Origin: Eledone cirrhosa
Lineage: Eukaryota
Direction: 5' to 3'
DNA length: 64,000 nucleotides
Assembly: GCA_964016885.1 (NCBI GenBank)
Contig: OZ024764.1
Location: 21,700,001-21,764,000 of the forward strand
Shown: positions 11,453 through 21,398 of the stretch, in pieces
Numbering within the stretch: position 1 is the first letter of the stretch
Layout: every line of letters begins with the position of its first letter
Position numbers and translations under genes: made by a program
The notes under the pieces: model-generated
What the model was told of the DNA's origin: nothing
The model's input: the letters and a program-made list of their open reading frames with translations, nothing else
Database searches by the model: none

Positions 11453-12266
11453 AATACCAGAGGACATTGGCATTAAAGAGCACATTACATCAGACATATC
11501 CTCAATATTAACCATTTCTAATGAAAGACACTACCCATCATTTTCAAATAATTTTGAAAACACTCAACACTTTGAAGGGATTTAGTAATATAACTATATT
11601 TTTCAGTATTAAGCTGCTATTTGGAACATAACTTTGCACAATTTCATGAAGTTATAATGGAAAGTTTTTAGATAAATATAAAGACTGATATGAAAAGGAT
11701 AAAACACTTTTATATCAGTTGTTTCATCAACACCATTATTTAAAGACTAAAGGAAGCTGTTATACAGAACAGATACAACCTTGTTTATATAAATCTATGG
11801 GAGAAATACTGTGAAATATTTCTTGTAAACTCAATAACACTTCTATTCTTTGCTGTCTGAAATATGTAGAAGATACAAAATAAAGCAGAAGAAATTTACA
11901 AATGATTTTGTAAGATCTTCATATATTGACAAAGATGATAGTTGATGGAACTACAGGAGTAGAAATATTTCCATTATTACAGGAATAACTAATCAAATAA
12001 AAACCAGAAAAATTAGATTCTTCACTGTCTGGAATATGTACAAGATGATTTTATATGTATATTAAACTTGAAGACATCTACAAAACAGTTTGTATCATCT
12101 TTAAATATAAAGAAAGACCAAGTTGATGGAAATATATCTGGAGGAATATATTTTAGGAATAATATTATAAACATAAAGAAGAAAAATATCCATATATTGC
12201 GAGGAGAAAAATATTAAAACTGTGAATTATGTGAGAAACTGAGGTGATTGATATCTTTTAGGAGAT

Positions 12267-13802
12267 ATGTCGAAAAATATAGTAAAATCACCATTCCACT
12301 GTGATATCTGTGGCAAATCATTCTCTCATAGTAATCACCTAACTACTCACAAACGTATTCATACAGGAGAGAAGCCTTATAAGTGTGATATCTGTAACAA
12401 ATCATTCAGTCACAGTAGTAGCGTCAGAGTTCACAAACGTATTCATACAGGAGAAGAGCCATTCCACTGTGACATCTGTGGTAAATCATTCACTTATAGT
12501 CATCAACTAACTACTCACAAACATATTCATACAGGAGAGAAACCATATCACTGTGACATCTGTGGTAAATCATTCTCTCAGAGTCATCACCTAACTACTC
12601 ACAAACCTATTCATACAGGAGAGAAGCCTTATCACTGTGATGTCTGTGATAAATCATTCAGCCAAAGTAGTAGCTTAACTCATCACAAACGTCTTCATAC
12701 AGGAGAGAAGCCATATCACTGTGACATCTGTGGTAAATCATTCTCTAAATGTGGTAACTTAACTACCCACAAACGTATTCATACAGGAGAAAAGCCACAT
12801 CACTGTGACATCTGTGGTAAATCATTCAGTCACAGAAATACCTTAACTAAACACCAACGTATTCATACAGGAGAGAAGCCATATCACTGTGATATCTGTG
12901 GTAAATCATTGTCTCGTAGTGATACCTTAACTACCCACAAACGTACTCATACAGGAGAGAAACCATATCACTGTGACATCTGTAGTAAATCATTATCTGA
13001 CAGAAGTAGCTTTGTTAAACACCATCGTATTCATACAGGAGAGAAGCCATATCACTGTGATATCTGCGGTATTTCATTCTCTCAGAGAAATCACCGAATG
13101 GCTCACAAACGTATTCATACAGGAGAAAAACCATATCACTGTGATATCTGTGGTAAAACATTCTCTGTAAATCATAATCTAACTACTCACAAACGTATTC
13201 ATACAGGAGAGAAGCCATATCATTGTGACATCTGTGGTAAATCATTTTCTCGTAGTCACCTAACTACTCACAAACGTATTCATACAGGAGAGAAGCCATA
13301 TCACTGTGATATCTGTGATAAATCATTCTCTCATAGTAAAACCTTAACTACCCACAAATGTACTCATACAGGAGAGAAGCCATATCATTGTGACATCTGT
13401 GGTAAATCATTCGCTGACAGAACTAGCTTAGCTACCCACAAACGTACTCATACAGGAGAGAAGCCATATCACTGTGACATCTGTGGTAAATCATTCTCTC
13501 ATAGTAATACCTTAGCTATCCACAAACGTACTCATACAGGAGAGAAGCCATATCATTGTGACATCTGTGGTAAATCATTCGCTGACAGAACTAGCTTAGC
13601 TACCCACAAACGTACTCATACAGGAGCGAAGCCATATCACTGTGACATCTGTGGTAAATCATTCTCTCATAGTAATACCTTAGCTACCCACAAACGTACT
13701 CATACAGGCGAGAAGCCATATCCCTGTGACATCTGTGGTAAATCATTCAGTCACCGTAGTAACTTAACTACCCACAAACGTACTCATACAGGAGTACTCT
13801 GA
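12267..13802 (+). CDS. C2H2 (Kruppel-type) zinc-finger protein, 18 tandem fingers, no effector domain in the ORF
   Basis: 511-aa ORF with a 10-aa leader [10 protein letters not shown] and 18 CxxC-x12-HxxxH repeats joined by TGEKPY linkers. Finger 12 is one residue short. AATAAA at 14117-14122. Confidence 0.95.
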   Translation: MSKNIVKSPFHCDICGKSFSHSNHLTTHKRIHTGEKPYKCDICNKSFSHSSSVRVHKRIHTGEEPFHCDICGKSFTYSHQLTTHKHIHTGEKPYHCDICGKSFSQSHHLTTHKPIHTGEKPYHCDVCDKSFSQSSSLTHHKRLHTGEKPYHCDICGKSFSKCGNLTTHKRIHTGEKPHHCDICGKSFSHRNTLTKHQRIHTGEKPYHCDICGKSLSRSDTLTTHKRTHTGEKPYHCDICSKSLSDRSSFVKHHRIHTGEKPYHCDICGISFSQRNHRMAHKRIHTGEKPYHCDICGKTFSVNHNLTTHKRIHTGEKPYHCDICGKSFSRSHLTTHKRIHTGEKPYHCDICDKSFSHSKTLTTHKCTHTGEKPYHCDICGKSFADRTSLATHKRTHTGEKPYHCDICGKSFSHSNTLAIHKRTHTGEKPYHCDICGKSFADRTSLATHKRTHTGAKPYHCDICGKSFSHSNTLATHKRTHTGEKPYPCDICGKSFSHRSNLTTHKRTHTGVL

Positions 13803-14289
13803 CAGTAGTACCTTAACCAAGCATGTGTGTATTCATACAGAAGTTTAGCTGTATCAATATCAAACTCATTACATCATACTACAACAACAACAACAATTGT
13901 GTAGATCCATCATCCTGGCTAAAACTGGGGTTAAATTGTAGGTTTTACCTATGACAGGGATCATAAACACCAGGTTTCCATTTTTGCAGTAGTGTTTGAA
14001 GATTTGGTGTAAATTAAAGTTTTTCACATTAAACTTTGACTTATTATACTTTAACAGGTAAGATATATATTTGTATTTTCAGTAAAGGTTGGGAACTTCT
14101 GTAATTTAAACCTGCCAATAAAATGAAAACTTTTGTTGTTGCTAGTCTGACATTGATATTAATTCTATTGTCCTGTACATTGTCTCAAATATCACAGATC
14201 AAACAGATTTTAACAATAACAACAGAAATCAATAACTTGTAAGCCTAATATCTAGCTTCTATTTTAACTATTTGATATTGTTGTTCCCC

Positions 14290-15230
14290 TCCTGTCTCTT
14301 CAGGTCTTTTAGATTTCAACTTCTATCTACTGTACTATTCCATCACCAAGGCAACATTCATCTGGCTGGCAGCTTACATCAACTACAAATCTCATCAGTG
14401 GTTCACAACAGGCTGTCTGAAAGAAACTTCCAGATATCTTCTATGTCATAGCTATCAATCTCCTCCTCCTTATCATATGTATCATGTAGAACATCTCTGA
14501 ATTTATATTTAACAGGGAGATCTTTTACTGTCCCTACCCTTTTCTCTAGGTTGTCTTGAGCCTCTCACAGTCCCTCTAGATTTTATATTTAACAGGGAGA
14601 TCTTTTACTATCCCTACCCTTTATTCAGGTTGTCTTGTACCTCTCTCACAGTCCTTCTAGATCTTATATTTAACAGGAAGATCTTTTATTATCTCTTGCC
14701 TTGTACCTCTCTCACAGTCCCTCTAGATCTTATATTTAACAGGGAGATATTTTACTATCTCTACCCTTTTCTCTAGGTTGTCTTGTACCTCTCTCACAGT
14801 CCCTCTAGATCTTATATTTAACAGGGAGATATTTTACTATCTCTACCCTTTTCTCTAGGTTGCCTTGTACCTCTCTCACAGTCCCTCTAGATCTTATATT
14901 TAACAGGGAGATGTTTTACTGTCCCTACCCTTTTCTCTAGGTTGTCTTGTACCTCTCACAGTCCCTGTAGATCTTATATTTAACAGGGAGATCTTTTACT
15001 CTCCAACCCTTCTATCTCCAGATAATCTTGTATCTGTCAGTCCCTCTAGATCTTACACCTAGTATCTAGTCTATGTTGAGTGGTACGTCCTTCTCCAGTA
15101 AAGGAGTTAATATTCCCAACCATCTGTCTATCCTGTTTTCTGATGAGAATGAAGTCAATCTAGTTTATCTCTTCACCTGATTGAAGTAACTAGATCAAGT
15201 AACTACATGGTTTCCTGTAAGTTAGTGTTG
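14290..15230 (-). mobile_element. Ancient RTE LINE relic (end of endonuclease and linker) interrupted by the 82-bp minisatellite; paralogs at ~30440-32050, 38160-38880 and 55021-56270
   Basis: The minus strand reads CNTN..QSGEEIN*IDFILIRKQDRQMVGNINSFTGEGRTTQHRL, then KFRDVLHDTYDKEEEIDSYDIEDIWKFLSDSLL*TTDEICS..W*WNS. This is collinear with the RTE at 58250-58690. Confidence 0.75.
14495..15060. repeat. 82-bp minisatellite (~7 copies)
   Basis: Unit ctctagatcttatatttaacagggagatcttttactgtccctacccttttctctaggttgtcttgtacctctctcacagtcc; period 82 (e.g. 14721 to 14803). Confidence 0.93.
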
Positions 15231-15329
15231 CAGTGTTTGAGTTACCATGTAAGGTTTATATCTATTAATATAGAGATGTAGTAAAGTTTTCACTGTTGTA
15301 TCTCTACTTTCTAAATATCTTAATAATGT

Positions 15330-15713
15330 TTCTCTACTATTTCAGAATATCACATGACCTTGACAGAAAAGAGTCTTTTAAAGACAACAGAAAGATGTTA
15401 CATACAAGTGATATAAACTTGTTTAGTCTGTGGTGAATTATGGTGAAATATTTCTTCTGAATTGAGATAAATAACAACATTTTCCTTTTTCACTGTCTGG
15501 AATATTTACAAGATGATTTTACATTCTGATTAAACTTTGGATATTTACAAAGGAGTTTTCAAAATGTTTGGATATTGACAAAGATCACGCTTGGTAAAAT
15601 TATGAACAATAGAAATATCTAGATCAACATAGGAATATTTTCCAGAAGAGATGGGAAAATCATTATACCACTGTAATATTTGTGGTAAAGTATTCTCTCT
15701 TCTTTATATGTAG
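15330..15713 (+). pseudogene. Remnant of an older ZNF paralog (acceptor, 5' UTR-like sequence and half a finger); copies at ~32140-32523, 38970-39357 and 56360-56747
   Basis: ctactatttcag|aatatcac resembles the acceptor at 11452. It shares cactgtctggaatat(t/g)tacaagatgatttta with ~12024. 15651-15713 encodes MGKSLYHCNICGKVFSLLYM*. Confidence 0.7.
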
Positions 15714-16194
15714 AACATCTAACTAAACACTTTAACTAACAAACTATTGTGCTATAGAATTGACAAACTTGAAGAATGTTTAATAAATGTTACAGATTTC
15801 TCCAAACTGTCGTTTACTAACTTTAATTTGAAGCTATATTATCTATATACTACTAAAACTCTGTGATTGTGTCTTGTCCGTAATTTAATACAGCTAAAAC
15901 AGTGCATAATGGGGAAATACTTTGAAAGGAATAAAACAAGTTTTTTATAAATTGGAGCACAGGTTCCCAAGATACGGGGTTTTCTGGGTACCTTCATAAA
16001 TATAGGGAGAGAAAGAGATAGTGGTTGTGAGAGAGTGGGAGCTGGTGGTGTTAAATAGAATGTATGTGTGTATATATATATGTATATATATACACGTATC
16101 TATATATATATACGTATATGCATATATATGTATCTATATATATATATATATACGTATGAAGCATATAGACAATATGCCCCCACACCCTCCCACT

Positions 16195-16456
16195 GCAAGG
16201 TGGTCGTGGAGGTGCCACAGCAAAAAAGCACCGAGCCCACACTGTAAAGTGGACATGTAGGTGCCACGAAAAAGCACCCAGCACTCACTGTAAATGAGGT
16301 TGGTGTTAGGAAGGGCATCCAGCTGTAGAAATCGAGCCAAATCAGTTCCTGTATGAGCAAGGCATGGTCAGCCGACCAGACGCTGCCCACAACAGGTCAA
16401 CTCATCTAACCCATGCTAGCATGGAAGAACGGACATAAAACGGTGATGATGATGAT
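16195..16456 (+). mobile_element. RTE 3'-tail repeat (SINE or truncated LINE) ending in (GAT)n; paralog at 61200-61470; opposite-strand copies at ~16970-17160, 18615-18800, 33460-33675 and 63805-64000
   Basis: ggtgttaggaagggcatccagctgtagaaa..aacccatgc..gatgatgatga matches the 3' UTR and tail of the RTE LINE at 60960-61110. Confidence 0.8.
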
Positions 16457-17139
16457 ATATATATATATACGTATGTGTATATTTTAACTGTTTAAAAATT
16501 ATTTTAAATGACTTTTAAAAAATAGTGATAAAGGAACGTGACCCAACAGGTCCCGGGTGGTCTAGTTTGTTACTAAATACTAGATATTAGAGGGTCATGT
16601 TGTTCTAGATGTGCTGGAAGAGCCATTCCATCTCGTGAGGCTCACACCAGCAGCTAGCCACCTCAGCACCTATGGTGGTATATTTATTATATTATTTATT
16701 CTTTATCATTAACATTAATATAAAAGATAATTATATATTTTTAGAGAAGAACCTCTAATTTTATATAGCTTAGGGCTTCAGTAGGTAAAAGTCTGGCCCT
16801 GCTTGTCTTGTATTTTTTAGGGGAGAAGTTAGGGAATACTGTTATTGTGTGAAAGTTTTCTAAATCTTCTTCAGCCACTAACATGGAGAAGATATTTCAG
16901 TAAGAAGGTTCACATCCTGACATCTATAGCTGTTAACAATGAGATTGGAATTCATTATTAAACAAATGTTATATCATCACTGTTTTACATCAGTTTTTCC
17001 ACCCTGGCATGGGTTAGACGAGTTATCCTGTTGTAAGCAATGCCTGGTCAGGTGACCACATGTTGCTCCTACAGAACAAATTTTGGTTTGGTTTCTACAG
17101 CTGGATGACCTTCCTACAACCAAGCTTATTTACATTAAG

Positions 17140-17785
17140 TACTGGGTGCTTTTTGTCGTGACACCTACATGACCACTTTACAGTGTGGACTGGGTACTTT
17201 TTGTTGTGATACCTACATGACCACTTTACAGTGTGGACTGGGTACTTTTTGTTGTGACACCTACGTGACCACTTTACAGTGTGCGTTGGGTGCTGTTTGT
17301 TGTGACACCTACATGACCACTTTACAGTTTTGACTGGGTGCTTTTTGTCGTGACACCTACATGACCACTTTATAGTGTGGACTGGGTACTTTTTGTTGTG
17401 ACACCTACATGACCATTTTAAAGTTTTGGCTGGGTACTTTTTGTTGTCACCTACATGACCACATTACAGTGTGGGCTGGGTGCTTTTTGCCGTGACACCT
17501 ACGTACCCGCTTTACAGTGTCGGCTGGTTTCTTTTTGTCATGTCACCTACATGACCAGTTTATAGTATTGGCTGTGTGTTCTTTACAGTGTAGGCTGGTT
17601 TCTTTTGTCATATCACCTACATGACCACCTTAGAGTGTTGGCTGTGTGTTCTTTGCAGTGTGGGCTGGTTTCTTTTTGTCATATCACCTACATGACCACC
17701 TTATCATGTTGACTATGTGTTCTTTACAGTGTGGGTTGGGTGCTTTTTGTCATATCTCCTACCCAACCACTTTGCAGTGTGGGCA
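17140..17785. repeat. 48-bp minisatellite, diverged array
   Basis: Unit gtgtggactgggtgctttttgttgtgacacctacatgaccactttaca; it continues directly from a minus-strand RTE-tail repeat. Confidence 0.9.
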
Positions 17786-18789
17786 GTGAAATATCAGTAA
17801 TGCACCAGCTCCAATATTCAGTAATCAGAAGAAGGGAGGTAGGCATAAAGCCAAACTTGCTGTCTTCAATTAGGTTTTTGTGCCAACCCTTTGGATATTT
17901 ACAAAGGAGTTTTCAAAATATTTGGATATTGACAAAGATCACATTTGGTAAAATTATGAACAATAGAAATATTTACATCAACATAGGAATATTTTCCAGA
18001 AGAGATGGGAAAATCATTATACCACTATAATATTTGTGGTGTTGTTTAATAAAATATGTGTGTGTATATATATATATATATATAAACGTATGTGTATAGA
18101 TATATATATGTATGTGTATATTTTCACTATTTTAAAATGACTTTTAAAAAATAGTTTTAAGGGAACGTGACCCAACAGGTCCCGGGTGGTCTAGTTTGTT
18201 ACTAAATACTAGATATTAGAGGGTTGAAATACTAGATATTAGAGGTTCTAGATGTGCTGGAAGAGCCATTCCATCTTGTGAGGCTCACACCAGCAGCTAA
18301 CCACCTCAGCACCTATGGTGGTATATTTATTATATTATTTATTCTTTATCATTAACATTAATATAAAAGATAATTATATATTTTTAGAAAAGAACCTCTA
18401 ACTTCATATAGTTTAGGGCTTCAGTAGGTAAAAGTCTGGCCCTACTTGTCTTGTATTTTTTAGGGGAGAAGTTAGGGAATACTGTTATTGTGTGAAAGTT
18501 TTCTAAATCTTCTTCAGCCACTAACATGGAGAAGATATTTCAGTAAGAAGGTTCACGTCCTGACATCTATAGCTGTTAACAATGAGATTGGAATTCATTA
18601 TTAAACAAATGTTATATCATCATCACTGTTTTACATCAGTTTTTCCACGCTGGCATGGGTTAGACGAGTTATCCTGTTGTAAGCAATGCCAGGTCAGGTG
18701 ACCACGTGTTGCTCCTACAGAACAAATTTTGGATTGGTTTCTACAGCTGGATGCCCTTCCTAGCACCAACCTTATTTACATTAAGTACT

Positions 18790-19360
18790 GAGTGCTTTTT
18801 GTCGTGACACCTACATGACCACTTTACAGTGTGGACTGGGTGCTTTTTGTTGTGACACCTACATGACCACTTTACAGTGTGGACTGGGTGCTTTTTGTTG
18901 TGACACCTACATGACCACTTTACAGTGTGGACTGGGTGCTTTTTGTTGTGACACCTACATGACCACTTTACAGTGTGGACTGGGTGCTTTTTGTTGTGAC
19001 ACCTACATGACCACTTTACAGTGTGGACTGGGTGCTTTTTGTTGTGACACCTACATGACCACTTTACAGTGTGGACTGGGTGCTTTTTGTTGTGACACCT
19101 ACATGACCACTTTACCATGTGGACTGGGTACTTTTTGTCGTGACACATACATACATACATACACACACATATACATACATTTATAATATAACCATACATG
19201 ACCACTTTACAGTGTGGTCTGGGTACTTTTTGTTGTGACACCTACATGACCACTTTACAGTGTGGACTTAGTACTTTTTGTTGTGACACCTACATGACCA
19301 CTATACAGTGTGTACTGGGTACTTTTTGTTGTGACACCTACACAACCTCTTTACAGTGTT
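18790..19360. repeat. 48-bp minisatellite, homogeneous array (another at ~40040-40300)
   Basis: Same unit with about 6 identical consecutive copies; this explains the 16-aa repeat ORFs at 18741-19241 and 18815-19186. Confidence 0.93.
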
Positions 19361-19473
19361 GGCAGTGAAATATCTAATGCACCAGCTTCAGTAATCAGAA
19401 GATCGCTGTTTTCTATATTATAATTTTATAATATACATATAAACACACATACAAACACACACATATATATATA

Positions 19474-21398
19474 CAGTATATATATATACGAGTATCCCAA
19501 GTAAAGAGTTTTCGAGATACGAGCCGTCCCTCGGCTGATTTTTTGCGTTGAGTTCCAGTTCTAGTTGGCATAGCGACCGCCACAGGCAATACCATAACAC
19601 CCGTCCAGCATCCCATGGGTTCGAAGAAAGTGAGGGCGAAGGACAGTGCTGAGAAGAAGAAGCAGATGATGTGTATTGAATTAAAGAAAGAAATTATAGA
19701 AAAACATGTCCAAGGTGTGTGTGTAGTGGACTTGATAAAGGCTATAACCCCAGCTAAGGGTGGTAAAATAATTTCTAAACAGCGGACCTCTATCCATGAA
19801 AATATGGAGAAGCAGCTCGCAAGAGATACCGTGATGAAGATTATAATATGTGAGAAGGCACGAACTATTTACGCTGATTTGCTGCAGCAGACCCCAGGTT
19901 CTTCTACGGACGAGCCATCGGCAAGCCCTTTAATGCCAGTCAGGGTTGGTTTGAGAATTTTAAAAAGAGGACCGGGATTCACTCAGTTGTCAGGCATGGT
20001 GAGGCAGCGAGCGCGGATATGAAGGCAGCTGAGGATTACCTCAAAACCTTTCCCTGAATTATAGCAGCCGAAGGATACATCCCTCAGCAAGTCTTTAACT
20101 GTGATGAAACAGGACTTTTTTGGAAGAAGATGCCAAGGAGGACTTATATAACGGCAGAGGAGAAGAGGATGCCTGGCCACAAACCCATGAAGGATAGGCT
20201 AACCCTCGCACTGTGCCACTGTGAACGTTGACTGTAAGATTAAGTTGCCGCTCGTTTATCATTCGGAAAACTTTAAGTCACATAAGATTCTGAAAGAAAA
20301 ACTGCAGGTTATGTGGAGGGCCAACCCGAGGGCATGGGTCACCAGATAGTTCGTTGTGGATTGGGTGAATTTGGTCCTGACATTAAAAAATATCCCCATG
20401 AAAATAACCTACCCGTGTAAACCCTTCTTGTTCTGGAAAATACACCTGCTCACCCACCTAACCTCGAAGAGTTCAAGTTTATAAAGGTCCTCTACCTTCC
20501 ACCAAACACCACCCCTATCCTACAGCCCAAGGACCAGCGGGTACTTTCTAATTTCAAGAAGCTCTTCACCAAGCACCTGTTCAGTCGCTGCTTTGAAGTG
20601 ACGGAGAGCACAAACTTCACCCTTGAGAGGTCTGGAAGGACCATTATAACATCGTGATATGCCTCAGAATTATCGATATGACCTGGCAGGGTCTTACAAG
20701 GAGGACCTTGACCTCTACATGGAAGAAGCTGTGGCCTGAAGTTGTGTTTAAAACAGACTTTGAAAGACTGGAACCCGAAGCGGCAGTGGTGGCGGAGATT
20801 GTACCCCTCGGTAAGTCCATGGGCCTGGACATGGATGAAGGTGACATCAACGAGCTCATCGAGGAGCACTCCGAGGAGATGACAACGAAGGAATTAAAGG
20901 AGCTACAGACACAGCAACACACGGAGTTTTTGCAGGAAATAGGTGACACAGTGGAGGTTATCTCAACAAGTGAGATGAAACAAACCTTATTAGACAGGTT
21001 TTTATCGAAAATCCCTGCAGATAAAAGTGAGGAACGCGTGGCGAAAAGGGGCAAAAATCAGCGAATAAGATTCAGTTATTCAGTTCATCCTTTCTCCTCC
21101 GACAACATCCTCAAGTCGTCTGATCTCCAAGATAGATGCTGTACATTATACTTAATAAAACTAGTTTATTGTAGTACATTCTATTGTATTGTTTTTTATA
21201 TACAATATTTGTCATTTATAAGTACATTTTTCTTATTTAAAAACACGTAACAAAACAAACTGTGGTTTTTTTGGGGTCTGGAACGGATTAATGGCATTTT
21301 ATTTTATTTCAGTGGGGAAAATTGATTTGACATACGAGTAATTTAAGTTACGAGGTCCTCCACGGAACAAATTAAACTCATAAGTCAAGGTACCACAG
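19474..21398 (+). mobile_element. Tigger/pogo transposon copy 2 (decayed; left TIR disrupted)
   Basis: Collinear with 1-1905 and 33764-35782; right TIR at 21377-21398. Confidence 0.9.

Noticed and set aside
12973-13170. Alternate-frame ORFs within the ZNF genes (also 29437 and 53844)
   Set aside because: Shadow frames of the 84-bp finger repeat.
15138-15160. CTGATGA as another hammerhead core
   Set aside because: No stem II/GAAA/NUH arrangement follows; it is the antisense of RTE relic coding sequence.
16021-16390. YI/CV-rich ORFs (also at 32.7-33.1k and 62.7-63.1k)
   Set aside because: Translations of (TA)n and (TG)n microsatellites.
18741-19241. 16-aa Cys/His-rich repeat ORFs on both strands
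   Set aside because: Translations of the 48-bp minisatellite.
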